Shown: positions 41,046 through 51,385 of the stretch, in pieces
Layout: each line of letters opens with the position of its first letter
Position numbering within the stretch: position 1 is the first letter of the stretch
DNA from: a virus
Taxonomy: Duplodnaviria > Heunggongvirae > Uroviricota > Caudoviricetes
IMG/VR virus record: IMGVR_UViG_3300032318_002198
Reading direction: 5' to 3' (one strand)
DNA length: 64,000 nt
The notes under the pieces: generated by a model
Databases searched by the model: none
Told to the model about the DNA's origin: nothing
The model's input: the letters and a program-made list of their open reading frames with translations, nothing else
Translations under genes and position numbers: made by a program

Positions 41046-41549
41046 ATTCAGATTCTTACCCTTGAAAATCAACCGTATTATCTTAATAATTTACCTGATG
41101 AAATTGTAGACGATTTAAGATTTGCTGTGCTTGATAATAGTGATAATCAAAATCCAGATCACTTTTTTGTTCCATTGATATTTCTTGAAAGTTTTACAGG
41201 ACCTGCTGTAGTCCTCCGAATAGGACCACATGAACTTACTATGCCATTGGATTGGTGTGCAGTTGTAGGCGATCCAGAAGGACCGGACATGGAAGTTTTA
41301 CCTCTTACAAGTCTAAACGATAGAGGATTTAAATCTTTCTGTTTTAATCCAGTGAGCAGTTTTAGACCTCAATTTTTGGATATAGATATTATAGATATAT
41401 ACCAAGATGTAAAATGGTATTTTCCTAAAATGCGGCCCGGACAAATATTATGCACACCTTTGGAAAATAAAGAAAAACCCGTCTGTGCCTATTTTGTTAA
41501 GGAAATTAGCAGACAAAGTGAATTAATAGACTATACAAAGTGTTGGTAA
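41046..41549 (+). CDS. Conserved hypothetical protein; probable ATT start
   Basis: AAGGAGA (41034-41040), 5 nt, then ATT CAG ATT CTT ACC; open frame with no ATG/GTG/TTG until 41127. Confidence 0.7.
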   Translation: MQILTLENQPYYLNNLPDEIVDDLRFAVLDNSDNQNPDHFFVPLIFLESFTGPAVVLRIGPHELTMPLDWCAVVGDPEGPDMEVLPLTSLNDRGFKSFCFNPVSSFRPQFLDIDIIDIYQDVKWYFPKMRPGQILCTPLENKEKPVCAYFVKEISRQSELIDYTKCW

Positions 41550-41550
41550 T

Positions 41551-41790
41551 ATGACAAAAATATACGAAAGTTCCGATGGCGGAAAAACTGTTTATGTCAG
41601 AGAGATGGGCGGAAAAGAAAAGAAGATACACTATGTTAGCCCGTCTGCTGTTGAAGATATGAAAGAAACATTGCTAGTACAAGAATGGATGGAAATACGT
41701 CATGCCGCAGAACGCCATCCGGCCTTGCAAAAATCTGTAGATCATTGTAAACTATTATATAGGATGATCAAATATGGCAGCGACTCTTGA
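41551..41790 (+). CDS. Hypothetical protein
   Basis: IYESSDGGKTVY motif; operon context. Confidence 0.6.
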   Translation: MTKIYESSDGGKTVYVREMGGKEKKIHYVSPSAVEDMKETLLVQEWMEIRHAAERHPALQKSVDHCKLLYRMIKYGSDS

Positions 41791-42235
41791 TATCAAACGA
41801 GAACTCTTAGCAGTAGATACTAAAAACTACGATTTTTATTCTAACTTAACAGACGAAGAACGTAAAGGATTTAGTCCCTATATTCTTATGAGATACGTAT
41901 CTTCAGCTCGCGGAGATCCGGATATCCAGGAATGGTTCGTTGAAATGGTTAACGAATGTATTAATAAAAATCACTGGGATCTGACTAAAAATCACAAAGA
42001 ACTACTTTGGAAATTGTTTGCTGTAACCGGAGTAGGCGTAAGCACTTTCCACCCTTATTTGGCCGCTGGTAAAAAAGAGAAACTTGATAAAATAGAAAAA
42101 CTATTATCAGAACTATATCCAACTTATAAACTTCAAGATATTAAATTTTTAGCCAAATTGATGGATGAAAAGGATCGAGAAGAACTATTTGATAACATGG
42201 GCTTCGATAAAAAACAACGTAAAGAATACGAATAA
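41774..42235 (+). CDS. Clamp-loader small subunit-like (gp62-like)
   Basis: FSPYILMRYVS...VNE...N pattern. Confidence 0.45.
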   Translation: MAATLDIKRELLAVDTKNYDFYSNLTDEERKGFSPYILMRYVSSARGDPDIQEWFVEMVNECINKNHWDLTKNHKELLWKLFAVTGVGVSTFHPYLAAGKKEKLDKIEKLLSELYPTYKLQDIKFLAKLMDEKDREELFDNMGFDKKQRKEYE

Positions 42236-42237
42236 AC

Positions 42238-42933
42238 ATGATTGCACTAGTAGAACAACCGCATATTTGCGTACATTGCAACAAACGATTTATGCAGGCG
42301 CGGACACTTATATCGCATTTATGTGAACGTAAACGTCGAGCATTACAACGAGATGAAAAACGTGTCCAAGCAGGATTCCTAGCATATAATAGATTTTGGC
42401 AATTGACACAAAATGCTCGTAAACCGAAAACTTATGATGAATTTGCTGACAGCAGTTATTATAATGCCTTTGTAAAATTCGGAAGTTACATCAATAATAT
42501 CAATCCGTTATATCCAGATAAATTCATCGACTACGTTATTAAAACGGGTGAAAAATTAGATAATTGGTGTAAAGATAAAGTATACGAAACATATCTATAC
42601 GAAACACTTAAAACTGAACCAGTAGAATCTGCTATACAACGTACATTGCAAACAATGATGGAATGGGGAGATTCACATAATGCGAACTTTGCCCATTACT
42701 TCGATTATGCTAGTTTGAATTTGGTTGTACATGATATTATTAATGGAAAAATTAGTTGTTGGCTATTATTGAATAGCACATCGGGAAAAAAAGTCATACA
42801 AAATATGTCAGACGAACAGTTAACAATGATAGCACCGGCATTCGATATTAAATTTTGGATGAAAAAATTTAAAGAAGTTCCGGCTGATGTTATATTGGTA
42901 AAGGAAATTTGTAAAGAAATAGGACTAGAATGA
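42238..42933 (+). CDS. Zn-finger-containing hypothetical protein
   Basis: CVHCNKRF...HLC. Confidence 0.6.
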   Translation: MIALVEQPHICVHCNKRFMQARTLISHLCERKRRALQRDEKRVQAGFLAYNRFWQLTQNARKPKTYDEFADSSYYNAFVKFGSYINNINPLYPDKFIDYVIKTGEKLDNWCKDKVYETYLYETLKTEPVESAIQRTLQTMMEWGDSHNANFAHYFDYASLNLVVHDIINGKISCWLLLNSTSGKKVIQNMSDEQLTMIAPAFDIKFWMKKFKEVPADVILVKEICKEIGLE

Positions 42934-43808
42934 CAGATAAAATATCAGTATTCGGAGGATCGGGATTTATTGGAAGTAGGTTCTGTGAGTTATATTCCGA
43001 TCAATCCATTAAGATTGATAGAGATGATTATATACCAAAAAGCGACAACATATTATATTTTATAAGTACGATCGATAATTACAACATACATCAAGATTTG
43101 TACCTAGACATCGATACAAATTTAACGGTATTGATGAAAATGTTAGAAAACATTGATAAAAATAATAAGAATGTTGTAATCAATTTTGTTAGTTCTTGGT
43201 TTGTATATGGAAAGAACGAAATTCTTCCGTTTAGAGAAGATACTACACATTGTAATCCAACTGGGTTTTATTCTATAACAAAAAGATGTGCAGAACAAAT
43301 GTTAATATGTTTCTGTGAGACTTTTGATATAAAATATAGAATTTTTCGACTATCTAATGTTTTAGGTGTCGGGGACAAAAAGATATCAAAAAAGAAAAAT
43401 GCATTTCAATACATGGTAAAAGAAATTGTTAATAATCGAGATATAGAATTATATTATGACGGCAATGTTATTCGAGACTTTATACATGTAGATGATGTAT
43501 GTACAGGAATAAAAACATGCTTAGATAATGCCAAATATAATGAAATAATAAACATAGGTAGTGGGGTCCCCACACTAATTGTTGATTTGTTAAAAACAAC
43601 CCATGCGTTATCTAATTCAACAGCAGAATTAAAATTTATTAATCCTACTAAATTTCATAACATAGTTCAAACTCGAAACTCATACTTAGATATTACTAAA
43701 CTAAAAAAATATGGATTTGAACCAAAATATAATGTATACGAAACTATAAATGAATTAATAGAATATTATAAGGATAAACAACATTACAGCCCGATGCTCA
43801 AAATGTAG
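42930..43808 (+). CDS. NAD-dependent sugar epimerase/dehydratase (extended SDR)
   Basis: GGSGFIG, SSWFVYG, YSITK, RDFIHVDD. Confidence 0.85.
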   Translation: MTDKISVFGGSGFIGSRFCELYSDQSIKIDRDDYIPKSDNILYFISTIDNYNIHQDLYLDIDTNLTVLMKMLENIDKNNKNVVINFVSSWFVYGKNEILPFREDTTHCNPTGFYSITKRCAEQMLICFCETFDIKYRIFRLSNVLGVGDKKISKKKNAFQYMVKEIVNNRDIELYYDGNVIRDFIHVDDVCTGIKTCLDNAKYNEIINIGSGVPTLIVDLLKTTHALSNSTAELKFINPTKFHNIVQTRNSYLDITKLKKYGFEPKYNVYETINELIEYYKDKQHYSPMLKM

Positions 43809-43822
43809 GAAAGTGGAAAATT

Positions 43823-44179
43823 ATGAGATTAGAAGGATTTGTACCTAAAGGTTGGGGCCATGAACTCATATGGGCCACCAATGAAAAATACTGCGGAAAA
43901 CTATTAAAATTTAACAGAAATGCTAAATTTTCAATGCATTTTCATGCCGAAAAAGACGAAACTTGGTATGTTTTGGAGGGAAAATTTTTAGTGAGGTATA
44001 TTGATACATCTGATGCAACTACACGCGAAATAACCTTAGAAACCGGATCTATTTGGCATAATCCACCAAAACTACCACATCAAGTTATTTGTCTAGAAGA
44101 AGGTACTATCATAGAAGTTAGTACACCAGATAGCGTAGAAGATAATTATCGAATAGCCAAAGGAGATAGTCAACAATGA
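43823..44179 (+). CDS. Cupin (sugar isomerase-like)
   Basis: KGWGHE, SMHFHAEKDETW, PH, EVST. Confidence 0.75.
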   Translation: MRLEGFVPKGWGHELIWATNEKYCGKLLKFNRNAKFSMHFHAEKDETWYVLEGKFLVRYIDTSDATTREITLETGSIWHNPPKLPHQVICLEEGTIIEVSTPDSVEDNYRIAKGDSQQ

Positions 44180-44661
44180 AAACAATATATCTTGATATGG
44201 ATGGAGTAGTCGCTGACTTTAATTCATATGCCAAAAAAGTTCTTAACACTACAGAAAAAAATCATAATTGGCCTAATGAAGAATGGATAAAAATTGGTAG
44301 AAATCCACGTCTCTATCGAGATTTAGATAAAACCCCAGAAGCAGACGAATTGGTAACATTTTGTCGAAACATGTGCAAAGAAAATAATTGGAATTTATTT
44401 TTTCTTACCGCAGTTCCAAAAAATAATGATATGCCTTGGGCATATTACGATAAAATACAATGGATATTAAAATATTACCCAGACATTCCTGTATTTTTTG
44501 GACCATATAGCTTTAGTAAATGGACACATTGTAAAAATCAAGATATATTAATTGATGATCGTCCTAGCAATTGTGATCAGTGGACTGCGGTTGGAGGCAT
44601 TTCGATCTTGCATCAAGGTGACATTGCTGAAACTTTACAACGTTTACGAAACTTATCATGA
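44176..44661 (+). CDS. HAD-family 5'(3')-nucleotidase-like phosphatase
   Basis: YLDMDGVVADF, LTA, K, LIDDR. Confidence 0.8.
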   Translation: MKTIYLDMDGVVADFNSYAKKVLNTTEKNHNWPNEEWIKIGRNPRLYRDLDKTPEADELVTFCRNMCKENNWNLFFLTAVPKNNDMPWAYYDKIQWILKYYPDIPVFFGPYSFSKWTHCKNQDILIDDRPSNCDQWTAVGGISILHQGDIAETLQRLRNLS

Positions 44662-45434
44662 AAATACTAATAACAGGACATCGAGGATTTATTGGCCAAA
44701 ATATGGTCAATGCATTAAAAGATCACCATACACTTAGTTTTTACGAGTGGGGAGATTCTCCACCGGAGATCGAAGGACTCGATTGGGTGATACATCTTGG
44801 TGCTATCAGTAGTACAACCGAACAAGACGTTGATAAAATAATGAAACAAAATCACGATTTTAGTTGCATTATGTTGATGGCTTGTCAGATACATGGCGTT
44901 AATTTACAATACGCTAGCTCAGCAAGCGTATACGGTTTGAATACTAGAAACTTTAAAGAAGACGCAGATCTACAACCATCTAGTCCATATTCATGGAGTA
45001 AATATCTTTTTGACAGACATGTAAAAACACAAAAATTTAATAATATCTACGTACAAGGTTTTAGATATTTTAATGTATATGGGTCATTTGAAGATCATAA
45101 AAAAGACCAAGCTAGCCCATATCATAAATTTGAACAACAGGCAAAAACAACCGGGATTATAAAATTATTCGAAAATTCCACTCAATATTATAGAGACTTT
45201 GTTCCGGTCGAGACCGTGATTGATGTACATAAGCAATTTTTTAATGTTAAGAAATCTGGTATATGGAATGTGGGTACAGGAAAGGCAAGAAGTTTCCAAG
45301 ACGTAGCTGATGAAATCGCCAAAAAATATAATGCTAAGATTGAATATATACCAATGCCCGAAGAATTAAAAAATCAATATCAAACTTATACTCAGGCCGA
45401 TGTAACAGAGTTAAAAAAATATTACAATGTATGA
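44658..45434 (+). CDS. hldD: ADP-L-glycero-D-manno-heptose 6-epimerase-like
   Basis: GHRGFIG, HLGAISSTTE, YASSASVYG, YSWSK, GFRYFNVYG, RDFV, YQTYTQAD. Confidence 0.75.
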   Translation: MKILITGHRGFIGQNMVNALKDHHTLSFYEWGDSPPEIEGLDWVIHLGAISSTTEQDVDKIMKQNHDFSCIMLMACQIHGVNLQYASSASVYGLNTRNFKEDADLQPSSPYSWSKYLFDRHVKTQKFNNIYVQGFRYFNVYGSFEDHKKDQASPYHKFEQQAKTTGIIKLFENSTQYYRDFVPVETVIDVHKQFFNVKKSGIWNVGTGKARSFQDVADEIAKKYNAKIEYIPMPEELKNQYQTYTQADVTELKKYYNV

Positions 45435-45835
45435 CTAAAATTGTAGTTAATGGATCATTTGATATATTACATGTAGGACATGTACGTTTATTGGAATATG
45501 CAAAATCATATCCAAATGCATATGTATTAGTATTAATCGATAGTGATACCAGAATACAACAATTAAAAGGTGAAAATCGGCCTGTTAATACCGAATACGA
45601 ACGTGCTACAATGTTATCAGCATTTAGAGCAGTCGATCAAGTAGAAATATTCAACACAGATCAAGAATTAATAGACTACATAAAAAACTACAATCCGGAT
45701 ATTATGATCAAAGGTAGTGATTACATCGATAAACCAATCATAGGTGCTGAATTTTGTAAAAAGATTATATTTTATGACCGACTTGGAAAATACTCCACAA
45801 CCAACAAAATACAAGATATTGCTCATAGGGGATAG
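45431..45835 (+). CDS. Heptose-1-phosphate adenylyltransferase-like (HldE domain II/HldC)
   Basis: NGSFDILHVGH, KGENRPVN, KGSDY, STT. Confidence 0.8.
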   Translation: MTKIVVNGSFDILHVGHVRLLEYAKSYPNAYVLVLIDSDTRIQQLKGENRPVNTEYERATMLSAFRAVDQVEIFNTDQELIDYIKNYNPDIMIKGSDYIDKPIIGAEFCKKIIFYDRLGKYSTTNKIQDIAHRG

Positions 45836-46559
45836 TTGTATAGATGAGTACTATTATGGTACTTGTGATCGTTTAAACCCTGAAGCTCCTGTACCGGTAT
45901 TGAAAATCACAAGATCGAGTACAAGCCTCGGTATGGCCGCGAATGTTAAATCAAATTTAGAATCATTCGGCTGCGATGTTGATTTTATGACCGGTGGTAA
46001 AAAATCAATCAAACGAAGATATATAGATGAACGTAGTAAACAACATATAGTAAGAGTTGATGAGGACTACAATAGTACACCATTTAATCCCTATCAACCA
46101 TCATTGGCTTACATACAATATAATGCTATAGTTATCTCAGATTACAATAAAGGATTTATAACCTACGATAATATTCAAGCTATTAGAGAACAATATGATG
46201 GGCCTATATTCATTGATAGCAAAAAGAATGACCTAATTCGATTCGAAGGTTGCTATATGAAGATTAATGAAAATGAATATAAACAAACTATCTCACAATG
46301 TTCCGATCTTATCGTGACATTGGGAGAACGAGGAGCACAATATAAAGATCAATTATATCCCACCCAAAAAGTTGAAGTAGTTGATGTATGTGGTGCAGGT
46401 GATACTTTCCTTGCCGCATTGTCTTATTACTATTTGAAGAATAATCACTCCATCGAATCTGCTATAATCTATGCTAATAAATGTTCAGCCATTGCTGTAC
46501 AACATAGGGGTGTATATTCACTAACACAACAAGATATAGATGTAATCGAAAATGACTGA
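45774..46559 (+). CDS. Heptose-7-phosphate kinase-like (HldE domain I, PfkB)
   Basis: IGDSCIDEY, RLNPEAPVPV, GMAANV, SDYNKG, DVCGAGDTF. Confidence 0.8.
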   Translation: MTDLENTPQPTKYKILLIGDSCIDEYYYGTCDRLNPEAPVPVLKITRSSTSLGMAANVKSNLESFGCDVDFMTGGKKSIKRRYIDERSKQHIVRVDEDYNSTPFNPYQPSLAYIQYNAIVISDYNKGFITYDNIQAIREQYDGPIFIDSKKNDLIRFEGCYMKINENEYKQTISQCSDLIVTLGERGAQYKDQLYPTQKVEVVDVCGAGDTFLAALSYYYLKNNHSIESAIIYANKCSAIAVQHRGVYSLTQQDIDVIEND

Positions 46560-47127
46560 CATTGATATAGATTTCCCAGATAGAACTCAAATTCTTGATA
46601 TAATTAAACATATACCAGCTTCTATTATTGAAAATAACATAGTTAAAAAACATAATACTGGGATTTATTGTCAAACAATTCCGGTAAATCCTCTCACTAA
46701 GTCAGCTAGTATTGACTATAAAATAGCCGAAGATCGGGGCTATTTTAAAATAGACTTTCTCAATGTTAATGTTTACAAAGGTGTTAAAAACGAAGAACAT
46801 TTGTTAGAATTAATGAATACTGAACCACTATGGGATCTGTTGCTACAACAAGATTTCGTTGACCTATTATTTCATTTAAACGGGCATATCGATGTTCTAA
46901 AAATAACTAAACCTAGATCCATAGAACAATTAGCCGCAGTATTGGCTATGATAAGACCCGCTAAAAGACATTTAATAGGAGCTAGTTGGGATCAAATTTT
47001 CAATAACGTGTGGGTTAAACCTGAGAATAGTGAATACTATTGGAAGAAGAGCCATGCATTTGCTTATTCAATGGCTATTGTGGTACAAATGAACCTCATT
47101 TGTCAAAACATTTCATCGGAAAATTAA
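46552..47127 (+). CDS. DNA polymerase III alpha (DnaE)-like fragment
   Basis: DIDIDF, KHNTGIY, YFKIDFL, LAMIRP, KKSHAFAY. Confidence 0.75.
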   Translation: MTDIDIDFPDRTQILDIIKHIPASIIENNIVKKHNTGIYCQTIPVNPLTKSASIDYKIAEDRGYFKIDFLNVNVYKGVKNEEHLLELMNTEPLWDLLLQQDFVDLLFHLNGHIDVLKITKPRSIEQLAAVLAMIRPAKRHLIGASWDQIFNNVWVKPENSEYYWKKSHAFAYSMAIVVQMNLICQNISSEN

Positions 47128-47498
47128 ACTTTAGGAATACGTATTAGTTGAATTGACTTGCGTTTTATTCTTTTTTCTGCAAGATCATTGAGACTTAATT
47201 GATGTCCAAATACTAAAACTATATCTTTACTGTTGAATGTTTTTATAGAATATTTGAATATATTCATTTCTTGTTTAAGAAAAATGTTTATAGGAATTTT
47301 TCTATTACTTTCCCACCACCAAGCTTCTCCTAATTCTAAGAATAATCGTCGCTCGTTATCGGATTTAATAACACTTAAATCATAGATCGAGGCAAAAGTA
47401 TTGTCAAAATTGATAATTATTCCTATATATTCGATATCATTGCTTTTAATACAGCTTAAAAACGGATATTGATTTTTAAATTCGTCTACTGATTTCAT
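47124..47498 (-). CDS. Conserved hypothetical protein
   Basis: YPFLS...YIGII...FLELGEAWWWESNRKIPINIFL. Confidence 0.6.
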   Translation of the reverse strand: MKSVDEFKNQYPFLSCIKSNDIEYIGIIINFDNTFASIYDLSVIKSDNERRLFLELGEAWWWESNRKIPINIFLKQEMNIFKYSIKTFNSKDIVLVFGHQLSLNDLAEKRIKRKSIQLIRIPKV

Positions 47499-47527
47499 AC
47501 CTCTCACTATTTCAAATAAATAAAAAC

Positions 47528-48364
47528 ATGCAAAACCTACCAGTCTATTTATATCCAAACTCGATCACTCTGACATTAGATCTGGATATTAACACCCGAG
47601 GAGTTAACCAAGTTATGTATCAAAGAGATCTAAAAATACAAAAAGGAATTAAAAATCAAATTAGAGTACAATTTAAAAATAGTGATCAAAAAAATGTAAA
47701 AATATATTCGACACAAACATTTGTGTTTAGCATGTTTGATGCAACAGAACAAAGATTACTTATTGAAAAAAATCTCGATATTTTGGATGTCAATACCACT
47801 TCTACTAGAGGACAGGCTCTTTTAACACTATCTGAAAGCGATACAATTGATCTCCCTAAATCTGACTATACCTATAGTGTAAAAGTATTAGATACCGACG
47901 GAAGTTATCTTCCTGCATATTCTAATACATATTATGGAATGGCTGGTACATTACATCTTACTGAGGAAATATATCCGAAATTGATCCCCAGTCGAGAAAT
48001 AAAGTCATTCTTACCAACTTTTAACGGTAATACTAATCTCTACGAACATAGAAGCGATAATATCTACGCATATCCAGAATATAACGGAAATAGTGCATTG
48101 CATACAGTTGCCTTATATATGACTGGTTTTAGAGGAACAGTATATTTACAAGCAACATTATACAATACTCCTGCATCTTTTGATAGATATGCAACTATAA
48201 CTTCTCGTACCTATAACAATTTTACTGGTGTAGATTATATTAACTTTAATGGTGTATACAGTTACATTAGGTTGATGTATATTCCATCAACTAAACCCGG
48301 CGAATCTACTAACGATAATCCCACATACTTCGGTTCGTTTGACAAAGTGTTATATAGAAATTAA
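47528..48364 (+). CDS. Hypothetical (late, possibly structural) protein
   Basis: TAAATA at 47517; beta-rich sequence. Confidence 0.55.
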   Translation: MQNLPVYLYPNSITLTLDLDINTRGVNQVMYQRDLKIQKGIKNQIRVQFKNSDQKNVKIYSTQTFVFSMFDATEQRLLIEKNLDILDVNTTSTRGQALLTLSESDTIDLPKSDYTYSVKVLDTDGSYLPAYSNTYYGMAGTLHLTEEIYPKLIPSREIKSFLPTFNGNTNLYEHRSDNIYAYPEYNGNSALHTVALYMTGFRGTVYLQATLYNTPASFDRYATITSRTYNNFTGVDYINFNGVYSYIRLMYIPSTKPGESTNDNPTYFGSFDKVLYRN

Positions 48365-48400
48365 AATTAATATAGTATCCCTGAGAGGATTAATATATTA

Positions 48401-49411
48401 ATGTCCGATATTTCCGAAACTGCTTTACTGCTATTCACCCAAGGAAGAAAAACCAAATCTACTCCAAGTGGTTGGATAGCAGGTAACGCACCTTGTTGCC
48501 ATAATCGCGGAGAAACACGAGATACAAAAAGTCGCGGCGGTCTACTTATGACTACGACTGGCGGATTCAACTATCACTGTTTTAACTGCAACTTTAAGGC
48601 AGGTTGGGCACCTGGGCATCTTTTATCTAAAAATACTAAAAATTTATTTAGATGGTTAGGAATGCCCGATGAAGAAATAGACAAACTGTATTTTTATACG
48701 ATCAAAAATAAGTCAGATCAAATAAAAGAAGATAAAGTTTTAAATTTTAATCTCAACGAAACAACACTACCCGAAAATACTAAATCTATTGAACAATGGT
48801 CTAAAGAAAATTGTCAAGACCCACAATTACTTGAGATAATTAAATACATCATTGATGAGCGAAAATTAAATTGGGACTGGTATCCGTGGCATTGGTCCAT
48901 AGAAAACGGATATCGAGATCGTGTAATCATACCGTTTTATCATGATAACAAAATAGTCGGTTGGACTGGAAGAAAAATAACCGAGGGTAAACCAAAATAT
49001 CTTACACATGCTCAACCAGGATATGTGTTTAATATTGATAAACAAATATATTCCAGAGATTATGTCATAGTAGTTGAAGGACAGTTTGATGCTATAGCCA
49101 TCGATGGCGTAGCAATAATGCATAATGAACCAAACGAAGTACAATGCATTAGAATTAATAGATTAGGTAAACAAGTAATAGTGGTTCCTGATCGAGATAA
49201 AGCAGGAATAACAATGATAAATGCAGCATTGAATAACAATTGGACTGTCAGCATGCCGCCCTGGGAAGACGATATAAAGGATGTAGCAGATGCTGTAAAA
49301 AGATACGGAAGACTTTATACTTTAACTTCTATATTAACACATAAAGAAACTAATGAACTAAAAATTCAATTAATGAAAAAAAAATTAGAAAATATTCATG
49401 CAAAAATTTAA
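48401..49411 (+). CDS. DNA primase (gp61-like)
   Basis: Zn finger PCC...HCFNC, IIPF, GR, KYL, Toprim VEGQFDA, PDRDKAG, KD; TTGACA-17-TAAAAT at 48339-48367. Confidence 0.85.
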   Translation: MSDISETALLLFTQGRKTKSTPSGWIAGNAPCCHNRGETRDTKSRGGLLMTTTGGFNYHCFNCNFKAGWAPGHLLSKNTKNLFRWLGMPDEEIDKLYFYTIKNKSDQIKEDKVLNFNLNETTLPENTKSIEQWSKENCQDPQLLEIIKYIIDERKLNWDWYPWHWSIENGYRDRVIIPFYHDNKIVGWTGRKITEGKPKYLTHAQPGYVFNIDKQIYSRDYVIVVEGQFDAIAIDGVAIMHNEPNEVQCIRINRLGKQVIVVPDRDKAGITMINAALNNNWTVSMPPWEDDIKDVADAVKRYGRLYTLTSILTHKETNELKIQLMKKKLENIHAKI

Positions 49412-50768
49412 CTACAACTTAGAAACACAAAAAATATATTTAGAAATGTTTTTGTCTGATGCAGAAACATTCTTACGCTGTCAAAACATTTTTGACCCTG
49501 AAAACTTTGATAGAAAATTACAATCTACGGCAGAATTTATTAAAAATTATGTAGATCAGTATAAAGTAATGCCAGATGTTGAAATTGTTAATGCTACTTG
49601 TGAAACCAGTTTACAAAATATAAAACTACCTATTGAAAATTATGATTGGTTACGAGACGAGTTTGAACAATTTAGTCGTCATAAAGCATTAAATCGTGCA
49701 ATATTGAAATCAGCCGATCTTTTAGAAAAAGGAGAATATGGCCCGGTTGAAAAATTAATTCGAGATGCTATTCAGATTAGTTTGAATCGAGACATGGGCC
49801 TCGATTACTTTGAAGATCCTAGAGCACGTTTAACTAAACTTAAAGACGGTAATGGTCAAATTAGTACTGGTTGGCCTAGTATTGATAAAAAACTCTACGG
49901 TGGTTTTAATCGAGGCGAACTTAATATATTTTGTGCAGGATCCGGTGGAGGAAAATCTTTATTCTTAGCAAACCTTGGCGTTAATTGGGCATTAATGGGA
50001 TTAAACGTTTTGTATCTAACCTTTGAACTTAGCGAAGGATTAGTTGCAATGCGTCTTGATAGTATGATGACTGGAATTTCTACTAGAGAAATTTTTAAAA
50101 ATATCGATGATGTAGAACTTAAGGTTAAAATTATAGGAAAAAAATCAGGAAGCATTCAAGTTAAATATATGCCTTCGGGTAAAAATTGTAACGATATAAG
50201 AGCATATCTAAAAGAATATCAAGTTAAAAAAGGTGTAAAACCTGACGTTATTTTAATAGATTACTTGGATCTTATGATGCCATTGAGCGTTAAGGTTAGT
50301 CCCAGTGATCTGTTTGTTAAAGACAAATATGTATCCGAAGAAATAAGAAATCTTGCGATGGAAACACAATCGATTACAGTTACAGCAAGTCAGCTTAATA
50401 GATCAGCAGTAGAAGAAATTGAATTCGATCATAGCCATATATCTGGAGGTTTGAGTAAGATTATGACTGCTGATAATGTGATTGGTATCTTTACCAGTCG
50501 AGCTATGAAGGAACGCGGTAGATATCAAATTCAATTTATGAAAACACGTTCTAGCTCAGGTGTGGGACAGAAAGTAGATTTAGAATTTAATATGGAAAGT
50601 TTGAGAATAACCGATCTGGGCGAAGAAGAAAATACTAGACCAGAACCTCAAATAGCATTGAATACATTGAAAAGAACTAGTACAACTAATTCTCCTGCTC
50701 CTGCTCCGACTAAAGCTGCAACAAATATACGATCAATTTTAGAACAACTTAATCAAGAAAAAGATTGA
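49398..50768 (+). CDS. Replicative DnaB-like helicase (gp41-like)
   Basis: GSGGGKS, LTFEL, IDYLDL, ASQLNR, TAD, MKTR. Confidence 0.9.
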   Translation: MQKFNYNLETQKIYLEMFLSDAETFLRCQNIFDPENFDRKLQSTAEFIKNYVDQYKVMPDVEIVNATCETSLQNIKLPIENYDWLRDEFEQFSRHKALNRAILKSADLLEKGEYGPVEKLIRDAIQISLNRDMGLDYFEDPRARLTKLKDGNGQISTGWPSIDKKLYGGFNRGELNIFCAGSGGGKSLFLANLGVNWALMGLNVLYLTFELSEGLVAMRLDSMMTGISTREIFKNIDDVELKVKIIGKKSGSIQVKYMPSGKNCNDIRAYLKEYQVKKGVKPDVILIDYLDLMMPLSVKVSPSDLFVKDKYVSEEIRNLAMETQSITVTASQLNRSAVEEIEFDHSHISGGLSKIMTADNVIGIFTSRAMKERGRYQIQFMKTRSSSGVGQKVDLEFNMESLRITDLGEEENTRPEPQIALNTLKRTSTTNSPAPAPTKAATNIRSILEQLNQEKD

Positions 50769-51385
50769 TTGATCCAACAACGACTTTGCATTTGAGCACT
50801 GTTTTCCATTACTCGGGTCCATTGTGCTTCACCATCATAATTAAAAACTAACGAAGAATTGACCCGGGAAACTTCCCATAAATGATCCTGAACATCAACA
50901 TCAGGATCTAAATTGAAAATTTGCTCTTTTAATGTCTCCATGTCCCAACGCCAACTGCCTACACATGCTCTATATAATTTTGGACCCTGATTACCACATA
51001 ATGCACTTAATATACTGAGATCGCTGGTAATACCTATACAATTATCAACTGTTATCGTACTGGGTCCAGTCCAATCTAAACTATGAACAAAATGCATACG
51101 ATTTGAACCTAATACACCACCTTGATATACATTATCCTGTATTATCTTCTCCGCACTTTCAAAACCTAGGTTAGATACTATACGTTTTAAGTTTATTCCT
51201 TCGAGTCTACGGTTTAATTGCAATCCTAATACACTATTATCAATTTGATGAAATAATAGTATAACTCCTTTGTATAAAGAATCTCTTGGATTTTTAGGAT
51301 TACCGCCTAATAATAAACCACGACCCCATACCTCAGTAGTATCAATCGAAAATATATTTGAATTAGAAACAATATTACTCATCAT
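50753..51385 (-). CDS. YqgE/AlgH (DUF179)-like protein
   Basis: LL..P...D..VILL.H...GLQLNR...YQGG...HS...RACVG..RW...L..Q...W; TAAATA at 51391-51396 (-). Confidence 0.65.
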   Translation of the reverse strand: MMSNIVSNSNIFSIDTTEVWGRGLLLGGNPKNPRDSLYKGVILLFHQIDNSVLGLQLNRRLEGINLKRIVSNLGFESAEKIIQDNVYQGGVLGSNRMHFVHSLDWTGPSTITVDNCIGITSDLSILSALCGNQGPKLYRACVGSWRWDMETLKEQIFNLDPDVDVQDHLWEVSRVNSSLVFNYDGEAQWTRVMENSAQMQSRCWINQSFS

